The notes beneath the pieces are model-generated. The model had not been told where the DNA came from and made no database searches. It saw only the letters and a program-made list of their open reading frames with translations. Positions 25,115-32,000 of a stretch of 32,000 nt of DNA are shown here, one piece after another. The DNA is from [Clostridium] scindens (GTDB taxonomy: Bacteria; Bacillota; Clostridia; Lachnospirales; Lachnospiraceae). The DNA lies in the NCBI RefSeq assembly GCF_019597925.1, contig NZ_CP080442.1, positions 69,678 to 101,677 of the forward strand. Reading direction: 5' to 3'. How positions within the stretch are numbered: the stretch's first letter is position 1; each line of letters opens with the position of its first letter. The position numbers and the translations under genes are program-made.

Positions 25115-25342
25115 CGAAAACCCGCTAACCTTTCGGCTAACGGGCTTCGTTGTTGTTATAGTTATCTAAAGGAATGAGAGTAAAGTGCGCACCGGGCCTT
25201 CCCCGGTGTTTTACTTTATGAGGGGGGAGATAGTTGAGTGTTGATCAACTATCTGATACTTATTATAAAGGCTAATTGTGTCCAAAGTGTTTTCATTCTC
25301 TAAAAGAAAAAGAAAAGTTCTTAAAAACATCTTAAGAAGGAG
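25115..25342. repeat. Structured non-coding repeat module, copy 2 (228 bp)
   Basis: Collinear with copy 1 at a constant offset of 1760 from 25151 to 25342. The left ~85 nt match copy 3 with only 2 differences. Hairpin 1 at 25121-25144. Confidence 0.9.
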
Positions 25343-25505
25343 TTAAGCAATGCTTAGGAGGGCATTTAAGAACGGACGAGAGGCCATCAGTCCAGCATGT
25401 CCGAATACAAATGAAGTGACTTTGAAAAAGCGGAGTGTTACAATGGAAGAGATCATGATGGTCTATGATTTATAACTGATAAATTGAGAGAAAGGACAAG
25501 AGATA

Positions 25506-25886
25506 ATGGAATATAAAGTGAATGACCAGGAACTGAATGCTTCAACGTTTATTACGTTTGTGAATAGGGTATGGCCAGGGGATTATGATCTGGATAAGAC
25601 GCAGGCTGCGCTGTCGAGAACATTGAATATCACAGCTTACGATGAAAAGGAACTTGTGGGCTGTCTGCGGATTCTTTCAGACGGCTATTATTTTGGAACC
25701 ATTACAGAACTGCTTGTTCTTCCAAAGTATCAGAAGCAAGGAATTGGGAGCAGGCTGCTAACGCTTGCCAAAGATAACACTCCGACCATGCTGTATTTCG
25801 GCGCACAGCCAGGAGCAGAAGGATTTTATGAAAAAAACGGATGTCAGAAGAGTCTGCAATCCTATTTAATAGATAAAGAAGACTAA
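25506..25886 (+). CDS. GNAT-family N-acetyltransferase
   Basis: 126 aa. Acetyl-CoA binding motif LVLPKYQKQGIGSRLL and FYEKNG. Confidence 0.85.
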   Translation: MEYKVNDQELNASTFITFVNRVWPGDYDLDKTQAALSRTLNITAYDEKELVGCLRILSDGYYFGTITELLVLPKYQKQGIGSRLLTLAKDNTPTMLYFGAQPGAEGFYEKNGCQKSLQSYLIDKED

Positions 25887-25908
25887 AATTTGAAAGGCAT
25901 TTTAGGTT

Positions 25909-26742
25909 ATGAAAGAACATAAGTATGAGGTATTGCTGGCATCCGTTATTGCTGCCCGCGCTACATCATTTATATTTAGCAAAATGATTTTGGAGTACAT
26001 AGACACGTTTAATCTGCTGGCGATACGCTGCTTGCTGGCATTTGCAATTCTGGCAGTGCTGTTTTTTAAAAGATTAAGAGACATGCCGTTTAAAACCGTG
26101 ATTTCCGGTGTTATTGTGGGGATTTTATTCTTCCTTGTCATGAGTGCAGAGCTAACTGCGCTGAAAGAGGCTTCGTCCTCCACGGTTTCGCTTTTGGAAA
26201 ATTGCGCGATCATCTTCGTACCATTGCTAGAGGCAATTCTACTTTGGAGGCTTCCAAGCGGAAGAATCATGATCAGCGCATTGGCGGCGTTTCTTGGCGT
26301 GGCCTGCCTCACTTTGGCGCAGGGCGGACTTACTGGCGGCGTCTTTTGGGGACTGCTGTCAGCGGTACTCTATGCCATTGCTATTATTGTGACGGCAAAA
26401 GTATCCCAAGGCTCTGGCGATCCTCTGTGTATAGGAATCGTACAGGTTGGTACCATGGGCGTTCTTGCCCTTTCCGCATCCTTTCTATTTGAAACTCCCG
26501 CACTGCCAGCTGGAAGCAGGCAGTGGATCATGATAGGAATTCTTGCAGTTGTGTGTACCTGCTTTGGTTTTACATTACAGCCGATGGCTCAAAGCAGAAT
26601 CTCAGCGGAGCGCGCCGGTATATTTTGCGCAATAAGTCCGGCGATAGCAACTTTGCTTGGCGTGGCCGTATTACATGAAAATATTGGGTTCCTGGGGATT
26701 GCTGGATTGATTTTGATACTGTCCAGCATAGTCATTGCATAA
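25909..26742 (+). CDS. DMT-superfamily (EamA-like) transporter
   Basis: 277 aa with about 10 hydrophobic helices in the two-EamA-repeat pattern. Confidence 0.8.
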   Translation: MKEHKYEVLLASVIAARATSFIFSKMILEYIDTFNLLAIRCLLAFAILAVLFFKRLRDMPFKTVISGVIVGILFFLVMSAELTALKEASSSTVSLLENCAIIFVPLLEAILLWRLPSGRIMISALAAFLGVACLTLAQGGLTGGVFWGLLSAVLYAIAIIVTAKVSQGSGDPLCIGIVQVGTMGVLALSASFLFETPALPAGSRQWIMIGILAVVCTCFGFTLQPMAQSRISAERAGIFCAISPAIATLLGVAVLHENIGFLGIAGLILILSSIVIA

Positions 26743-26779
26743 AGCATGTAAAAATGTCGTAAAGTATGCAATGACATTT

Positions 26780-27094
26780 TTATCTATAGTCGAAGAATAT
26801 GGTTTTAAAAGGGGCTTTCCCATGGCAGATATCCCGCTTGGAATAGTATAGATCAATCTTTAGGGTAGCAGGAGTGCCATTAATAGAATTGTGCTTATCT
26901 TCGATATCCCGGATGATTTCATCTGATTTCCAATATTTATAGACAAGAACTTTTAATTCGGTATCTCTGGTTCCAGGAGTATTAAATGACATGCTGCTAA
27001 GTACATGGTAATCAGGGAGATTAATGTAGTAATTAACACCATTTAACAGTTGGATTACTAGAAATAAGATAATTAACTTCTTTTTCATGTTCAT
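26780..27094 (-). CDS. Small hypothetical secreted or membrane-anchored protein
   Basis: The ORF runs to 27109 (TTG). ATG 27094 gives MNMKKKLIILFLVIQLL, a signal-anchor-like N-terminus. I recognise no family. Divergent from the XRE gene. Confidence 0.5.
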   Translation of the reverse strand: MNMKKKLIILFLVIQLLNGVNYYINLPDYHVLSSMSFNTPGTRDTELKVLVYKYWKSDEIIRDIEDKHNSINGTPATLKIDLYYSKRDICHGKAPFKTIFFDYR

Positions 27095-27126
27095 ATATCT
27101 CGCTTTCAAATTATTTAGAGAGGATA

Positions 27127-27151
27127 ACTGTATAGTACCTCACTGTATAGT
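27127..27151. promoter_or_regulatory. Two direct 10-bp repeats (ACTGTATAGT-N5-ACTGTATAGT) in the divergent intergenic region; candidate XRE operator
   Basis: Exact repeats at 27127-27136 and 27142-27151, between the small secreted-protein gene and the XRE gene. Confidence 0.45.
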
Positions 27152-27203
27152 GAATTACTATATAAAAATTTATCGAATATACTTTGTGCAGGGAGTGAGG
27201 TAT

Positions 27204-27419
27204 ATGGGACATGGTCATTTAGAGTTAAAGATTGAAGAATTGCTTAAAGAAAAAGGTGTCAGTAAAAATACCATTTGTAAGGAACTGGATATTCCAAGAT
27301 CGAATTTTAACAGATATTGCAGGAATGAATTCCAGAGGATGGATGCAAATCTAATCTGTAAGTTATGTGAATATTTCGAATGTGAAGTCGGAGAATTAAT
27401 AGTGTATGTGAAAGAATAG
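27204..27419 (+). CDS. XRE-family (Cro/CI-type) helix-turn-helix regulator
   Basis: Start at ATG 27204, after the RBS GGAGTGAGG. 71 aa. HTH KGVSKNTICKELDIPRSNFNRY. The ORF-track start at 27087 overlaps the divergent gene. Confidence 0.8.
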   Translation: MGHGHLELKIEELLKEKGVSKNTICKELDIPRSNFNRYCRNEFQRMDANLICKLCEYFECEVGELIVYVKE

Positions 27420-27420
27420 G

Positions 27421-27460
27421 AGTCTGCCAGAGAGAGATTTGTGCAGGCTTTTCTTTTTTT
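27421..27460 (+). terminator. Intrinsic terminator after the XRE gene
   Basis: 7-bp stem AGTCTGC / GCAGGCT (one G-U) followed by TTTCTTTTTTT. Confidence 0.5.
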
Positions 27461-27587
27461 GTCATAGACATCTGATTTTTTATGGCTGCGCCATGTTCTG
27501 TATGGATTTTATATTATAACGGCCGGACTTGATATTTGCTATAGTCAAAAAGGAAAAAAGGAGAATCCGGGGAAGCCGGATACAGAG

Positions 27588-27813
27588 CGAAAACCCGCTA
27601 ACCTTGCGGCTAACGGGTTTCGTTGTTGTTATAGTTATCTAAAGGAATGAGAGTAAAGTGCGCACCGGGCTATATCCGGTGTTTTACTTTATGAGGGGGG
27701 GGGAGATAGTGAGTGTTAATCAACTATCTGAATCTAAGTATAAAAGAAAAATATGTCCAAAGTATGTTGAATCTCTAAAAGAAAAAGAAAAATTCTTAAG
27801 AAGGACTTAAGAA
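27588..27813. repeat. Structured non-coding repeat module, copy 3 (226 bp, diverged right half)
   Basis: Hairpin 1 at 27594-27617, hairpin 2 at 27663-27681 and a G9 run at 27695-27703. TGTCCAA at 27754-27760. TTCTTAAGAA palindrome at 27793-27802 and CTTAAGAA at 27806-27813. Ends 14 nt from the stop codon of the - strand Spo0A_C-like gene. Confidence 0.85.
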
Positions 27814-27827
27814 CTTGGGAAGAAAAC

Positions 27828-28178
27828 CTAAACCAGCACGGCTACGGCTTCTTTCTGCCTTAAATGAGCAGTAAGGATATCTAAAAATTCGCTGGATGTA
27901 GGCTGCGAGTCAAGAGGACGAAGGGCAATTTCCTGAAGCAGGCGGCGGTTGCCTCTTTCCCAACAGACTCTAATGACGGTTCTGATATCTCTTTCTACGC
28001 TGCTGCTAGTAGTATGATAGTATTTTGCAATCTGAGGATATAATAATTTGCTCACGGACAGAAGATAGTCTTCGTCTCTCAAACATAGTTTCACCCCATA
28101 GTTCAGATACCGGTATCCACGGTAGGTTGCGCCGATGCCAAGAGCACGTATAAGACATTCGATTTCTAGTTCGCTCAT
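27828..28178 (-). CDS. Stand-alone Spo0A C-terminal (DNA-binding) domain protein
   Basis: ALGIGATYRGYRYLNYGV...LYPQIAKYYHTTSSSVERDIRTVIRVCWERGN parallels the Spo0A effector domain (...KGYLYL...[32 protein letters not shown]). There is no receiver domain. Start at ATG 28178 is preferred (RBS GAGGA 7 nt upstream) over the GTG at 28274. Confidence 0.75.
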   Translation of the reverse strand: MSELEIECLIRALGIGATYRGYRYLNYGVKLCLRDEDYLLSVSKLLYPQIAKYYHTTSSSVERDIRTVIRVCWERGNRRLLQEIALRPLDSQPTSSEFLDILTAHLRQKEAVAVLV

Positions 28179-28286
28179 GTGATTTTCCTCATCTAATGCC
28201 TTACATTGAAAAACAAATATGCTATGTGCTTCTATTATATAGGATATTTCTTCGATATGTTGCGACTCGGACACAATAAGTAAGAG

Positions 28287-28303
28287 TTCGACTCATTTCG
28301 ACA
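28287..28303 (-). promoter_or_regulatory. Tandem Spo0A-box-like sites (AGTCGAA and TGTCGAA on the - strand, 10-bp spacing)
   Basis: TTCGACT at 28287-28293 and TTCGACA at 28297-28303 on the + strand. The second is a perfect match to the Bacillus 0A box TGTCGAA. Located just upstream of the -35 of the GH25 promoter. Confidence 0.45.
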
Positions 28304-28311
28304 TATCCAAG

Positions 28312-28341
28312 TTAACAAAAACAGAAGAATCAACATATAGT
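28312..28341 (+). promoter_or_regulatory. Candidate promoter of the GH25 muramidase gene
   Basis: TTAACA (28312-28317), an 18-nt spacer, then TATAGT (28336-28341). Confidence 0.45.
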
Positions 28342-28365
28342 ATATAAAAAAGAAGGTGGGACATT

Positions 28366-29343
28366 ATGAGCATCCATGGAATAGATGTAAGCAGATTTCA
28401 GGGCAGCATAGACTGGGAGGCCGTAAGAGCGGGCGGAATACAGTTTGCCATGATCCGGGCCGGTTATGGAGAAGGGACCGTGGACCAGGAGTTCAGGAGA
28501 AATGCCAGCCAGTGCAATCAGGCTGGGCTGCCGTTCGGAGTGTACTGGTTTTCCTATGCGTATACGCCGGAAATGGCCAGGCAGGAGGCGGAATTCTGCA
28601 TTAATGCCATATCCGGATACGAGGTACAGTATCCGGTCTGCTTTGACTTTGAATATGCATCGGTAGACTATGCGGAAAATCAAGGCGTAAATGTGACAAA
28701 GGAACTGGCCACTTCTCTGGTAGATGCATTCTGTCAGAGAGTTGAGGAGTTGGGATATTTTGCCATGTATTACAGCAACCTGGATTTTCTTAACCGGATG
28801 TTCGACGCTTCCTTAAGAAGCAAGTATGCGCTCTGGTACGCGCAGTATGCTGCAGAGCCAGCTGTCAGCGGAATGGCTATTTGGCAGTATAGTGACACTG
28901 GGCGAGTAAATGGCATATCTGGGAACGTTGACCAGGATATTGCCTATTATGATCTGGCAAATGTAATATCCAGGGCTGGACTGAATCGGCTAAGAGGCGA
29001 GGTATCTACGCCGGATTCCGCGACGCCGGAACCCAATGACGTGATTACCTATATCGTTAAGCCTGGGGATACCTTAAGCGGGATAGCGCTTAGGTTTGGA
29101 ACGACATATCAGGAGATTGCCGCGTACAACAACATTTCTAATCCCAATCTAATCTATGCGGGACAGCGTCTGCTGATCCCACTGGGATATAATCCGCAAA
29201 AAGTGCGCTATTACACCATTCAGCCAGGGGATACCTTAAGCGGAATTGCCCTTAAGTTTGGAACGACCGTGGCGCAGCTGCAGCGCCTGAACGGCATTCG
29301 CAATCCCAACCTGATCTATGCGGGAACTACGATCAGAGTATGA
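28366..29343 (+). CDS. Glycoside hydrolase family 25 muramidase with two C-terminal LysM domains
   Basis: 325 aa. N-terminal [13 protein letters not shown]...FAMIRAGYG and DQDIAYYD. Two LysM repeats ([19 protein letters not shown]...[12 protein letters not shown] and [19 protein letters not shown]...[11 protein letters not shown]). Confidence 0.9.
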   Translation: MSIHGIDVSRFQGSIDWEAVRAGGIQFAMIRAGYGEGTVDQEFRRNASQCNQAGLPFGVYWFSYAYTPEMARQEAEFCINAISGYEVQYPVCFDFEYASVDYAENQGVNVTKELATSLVDAFCQRVEELGYFAMYYSNLDFLNRMFDASLRSKYALWYAQYAAEPAVSGMAIWQYSDTGRVNGISGNVDQDIAYYDLANVISRAGLNRLRGEVSTPDSATPEPNDVITYIVKPGDTLSGIALRFGTTYQEIAAYNNISNPNLIYAGQRLLIPLGYNPQKVRYYTIQPGDTLSGIALKFGTTVAQLQRLNGIRNPNLIYAGTTIRV

Positions 29344-29361
29344 GAGGAAGAAGAGAAAATT

Positions 29362-29399
29362 GGCCTGGAATCCAGATACTGGAAGCCGGGCCTTTTTTT
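29362..29399 (+). terminator. Intrinsic terminator after the GH25 gene
   Basis: Long imperfect hairpin GGCCTGGAATCCAG ata CTGGAAGCCGGGCC followed by a T7 run. Confidence 0.7.
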
Positions 29400-29478
29400 C
29401 ATAATATCTTAAGAAAATTCCCAGATTGCTCTTAAAAAATCCCTGCTATTCTTGTATAGTATAAGGGAGGTGATGAAA

Positions 29479-30174
29479 ATGTCTAAAATATTAGTATGTG
29501 ATGATGATAAGGAAATCGTAGAGGCCATCGATATATATCTGTCCCAGGAAGGGTATGAAGTATTAAAGGCATATGATGGGGAAGAAGCACTGAAGGTATT
29601 GGGCAAGGAGAAGATAGACCTTCTGGTAATCGACGTCATGATGCCAAAACTGGACGGGATCAGAGCCACCCTTAAGATCCGGGAAGCCAACAATATGCCA
29701 ATCATTATTCTTTCGGCAAAATCCGAAGACGCAGATAAGATCCTTGGCCTTAACGTAGGTGCGGACGATTATGTGACGAAGCCTTTCAATCCATTGGAAC
29801 TGGTTGCAAGAGTCAAGTCGCAGCTTCGGCGTTATACGCAGCTTGGCAGTACTGCGAATCATAAAAATGAAGCGGTCTATGAAGTTGGAGGCCTGTCGAT
29901 CAACGATGACTTAAAGGAAGTAACGGTGGATGGAGAGCCAGTGAAGCTTACGCCGATCGAATATAATATTCTGCTACTGCTGGTAAAAAATCAAGGGAAA
30001 GTATTCTCTATAGACCAGATCTATGAAAGTATATGGAATGAGGACGCCATTGGCGTAGATAATACGGTGGCGGTACATATCAGGCATATACGTGAAAAAA
30101 TAGAGATCAATCCAAAAGAGCCCCGTTATCTGAAGGTAGTATGGGGAGTCGGATATAAGGTGGAGAAGCTTTAG
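29479..30174 (+). CDS. OmpR/PhoB-family response regulator
   Basis: Start at ATG 29479 (MSKILVCDDD), 8 nt after GGGAGG. Receiver motifs DLLVIDVMMPKLDG and LSAK. Winged-helix C-terminus (LTPIEYNILLLLVKNQGKVFS...YLKVVWGVGYK). Confidence 0.9.
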   Translation: MSKILVCDDDKEIVEAIDIYLSQEGYEVLKAYDGEEALKVLGKEKIDLLVIDVMMPKLDGIRATLKIREANNMPIIILSAKSEDADKILGLNVGADDYVTKPFNPLELVARVKSQLRRYTQLGSTANHKNEAVYEVGGLSINDDLKEVTVDGEPVKLTPIEYNILLLLVKNQGKVFSIDQIYESIWNEDAIGVDNTVAVHIRHIREKIEINPKEPRYLKVVWGVGYKVEKL

Positions 30175-30186
30175 AAGGGAGTTTAT

Positions 30187-32000
30187 ATGAAGCAACAATG
30201 GTACAAATCAAATGTTGCAAAGGGGATATTGATCGTAGCCCAGCACATATTGCTGGTCATAATCGTAACCAGTTTTATGTGGATGATGTCCTATCCGGCC
30301 CTTAGAGGAGAACTATTTGTGGGAAAGCCGGCAAAGAAATACGAGGACACCGTAAGTTTTGGCAACCAATTATTGACAATCAGCCATGACGTAGCAAACG
30401 GCATCAAGCTGCGCAAGATGTTTGAGACGGATGGCAGCTATGATCCGCAAAGGATCGTGGACATTGAGGAATATTATAAAAATAGGGAGATCAATAATAA
30501 AAACAGCAGCGGCCTGGCGTATGATCTGCAGGATTTATACAGCTGGGGGGAGGAATGGTATGACAAAGGAGAAATCAGCTATCAATCCGATGCCGAGATA
30601 GCATTTGCCTCCCAGGAGGTGCCATCCGATGATAATATCATCGTTTGCAAGCGGTCTAATGATACGTATCATTATTACTATTATAGCGAATTTAGAAATC
30701 TGATAGACAGTGGACAGTTAAGATTCGTTATCAGCAATGAAAATGAAGGGATGTCCGGGGAAGAAATTCTGGATGAACTGCATAATGGAAGCCGCTATGA
30801 AGGAGAAAATCAGGGGCAGCAGTTTAAGGGGCTGCAAGACGCAGAAGGAAAGATTGAATTTATAGACTGCTGGAGTTATGACGGAACCTGGGTGGAGGAA
30901 AGATATTCGCCAATCGGCGAGAAGAGCATCATAGATCTTGCAAATAATAATCCACAGTGGAACGGAAGGCTGAACGAAGCCTTTGAAATGCTGCATCAGA
31001 CTGTAGATTCGATATTCGGCGATATAACGACCTATAAAGATCTGGATGAATCCTATCAGGAAGGCGATACAAATCTGGCTTACATGTATGTGGATGAGGA
31101 TACAGAGCAGATCTATACCAACCGTAAGGAGTATGAGGACTACTCCATGGTGGAAGAGAACCTTAAGAAGATTCGCGGAATGGGGAAATATACAATTGTA
31201 AGACCCAAACTGGCGGACTTTGAGTCAAATCTTAAGGACACCGATGCGACGCAGTGGAGGGACATGATCAAGTATCCTGCGGAAGGAAAGAATTTTATTT
31301 ATGCAGTTGGAGTAGACACTGCTTACCCAATCCAGGATGATTTCCATGCAGAGAATCTTATGTATGAAAAATATGGATCTAACGCTAGAAGCATAGCAAT
31401 CCCGGGAGTCCTTGCCGCCATATTGTTTGTTGCCTTCATGGTGTGGCTTACGAGCATCGCGGGAAGGCGGATGCGGGATGAGGAACTGCATCTGAACTGG
31501 TTTGATCATATTAAGACGGAACTGGCAGCAGTGATCATAGCGCTGCTTTGGGGAATTCCCCTGATGCTCGTTTATGTCGGAATCCCTGTCTCGTCGCTTC
31601 GTTCATACAATGATAGCGAGACGCTGATCTATCAGGTTGGTTATGTATACAACGCTCTGCCATATGTCCTGGCTGGAGGAGTCGTGGCAGCATATACCTG
31701 CGGCATGTTCCTGATCGGATATCTTAGCCTGGTTCGCCGGATTAAGGCAAAGGAACTCTGGTCCAACAGCGTGCTGAGATGGCTTTGCGGATTTATAGGA
31801 CAGTTATTCAGGAATCTTCATACAACATGGAAGGTTATATTGCTGTTTGGCTTGTTTGCGGTAATCCATTGGATTGCCTATATCAGTATGGGAAGTAGTA
31901 TCTGGCTTTTCCTGGCCCTGGCGGTGGAAGCTGTGGCATTTGTGTTCCTGATCCGGCAGGCAATTGGCAGGCAGAGGATTAAGAAGGGAATTGAGAAGAT
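30187..32000 (+). CDS. Putative sensor histidine kinase, N-terminal part only (partial at the window end)
   Basis: The frame is open from ATG 30187 to the window end (over 600 codons; my own translation). One N-terminal TM, an extracytoplasmic region of about 370 aa, then several TM helices. No H-box is reached yet, so the kinase call rests on adjacency to the response regulator. Confidence 0.55.
   Translation, partial: MKQQWYKSNVAKGILIVAQHILLVIIVTSFMWMMSYPALRGELFVGKPAKKYEDTVSFGNQLLTISHDVANGIKLRKMFETDGSYDPQRIVDIEEYYKNREINNKNSSGLAYDLQDLYSWGEEWYDKGEISYQSDAEIAFASQEVPSDDNIIVCKRSNDTYHYYYYSEFRNLIDSGQLRFVISNENEGMSGEEILDELHNGSRYEGENQGQQFKGLQDAEGKIEFIDCWSYDGTWVEERYSPIGEKSIIDLANNNPQWNGRLNEAFEMLHQTVDSIFGDITTYKDLDESYQEGDTNLAYMYVDEDTEQIYTNRKEYEDYSMVEENLKKIRGMGKYTIVRPKLADFESNLKDTDATQWRDMIKYPAEGKNFIYAVGVDTAYPIQDDFHAENLMYEKYGSNARSIAIPGVLAAILFVAFMVWLTSIAGRRMRDEELHLNWFDHIKTELAAVIIALLWGIPLMLVYVGIPVSSLRSYNDSETLIYQVGYVYNALPYVLAGGVVAAYTCGMFLIGYLSLVRRIKAKELWSNSVLRWLCGFIGQLFRNLHTTWKVILLFGLFAVIHWIAYISMGSSIWLFLALAVEAVAFVFLIRQAIGRQRIKKGIEK

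Noticed and set aside
23354-27813. Whether the three repeats could be a CRISPR array or a tracrRNA-like element. The segment AAAGTGCGCACCGGG...CCCGGTGTTTT superficially recalls the 3' hairpin of Cas9 tracrRNA.
   Set aside because: The units are about 228 bp and lie 1.7-2.5 kb apart, with whole genes between them. There are no short spacers, no cas genes and no matching anti-repeat in the window.
23354-27813. Whether the module could be a MITE/IS remnant or an integron attC.
   Set aside because: There are no terminal inverted repeats, no target-site duplications at the sharp boundaries, and no transposase or intI gene. attC sites are much shorter and far less conserved in sequence. A novel mobile origin is not excluded, so the module is reported as a finding rather than called a mobile element.
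28179-28274. GTG start at 28274 for the Spo0A_C-like gene, and the 27087 start for the XRE gene.
   Set aside because: Neither has a ribosome-binding site. The internal ATGs (28178 and 27204) have well-spaced GAGGA / GGAGTGAGG sites, and the domains start after them. The 27087 start would also overlap the divergent gene.

Overview
This looks like a Clostridia/Lachnospiraceae-type chromosomal segment. That is inferred from gene content, AAGGAG/GGAGG ribosome-binding sites and a T-box leader, not from any database search.

- **1-22.5 kb, mostly + strand housekeeping and metabolic genes:**
  - A BspA-type LRR surface protein is translationally coupled to a MoxR ATPase, a DUF58 protein and a transglutaminase-like membrane protein, as in the Bacillus yeaC-yeaD-yebA arrangement.
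  - Next come a Met T-box leader plus metG, ddh, tatD, rsmA, citrate synthase and an alpha/beta hydrolase.
  - A tight operon follows: dat-pxpB-pxpC-DUF1445-pxpA-DUF4392. It interleaves the 5-oxoprolinase subunits with the two protein families that are fused in mammalian D-glutamate cyclase.
  - The block ends with a convergent Lrp/AsnC regulator and an SDR that resembles 7-alpha-HSDH.
- **About 22.5-28.3 kb, a visibly more AT-rich accessory islet (by eye, not computed):**
  - Genes: HD hydrolase, TetR plus methyltransferase, GNAT plus EamA transporter, a small secreted protein, an XRE regulator and a stand-alone Spo0A C-terminal-domain protein.
  - The islet is cut into cassettes by three same-orientation copies of a ~226-229 bp structured non-coding module that I cannot place in any family from memory. 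This is the most interesting signal in the window. Each copy has three hairpins, a G6/G6/G9 tract, conserved TGTCCAAAGT and TCTTAAGA motifs, and a mosaic pattern of identity between copies.
- **Downstream of the islet:** a GH25-LysM muramidase preceded by tandem Spo0A-box-like sites, and an OmpR-type response regulator with a partial multi-TM sensor protein that runs off the window.

No rRNA, tRNA, CRISPR array, transposase or recombinase was seen.
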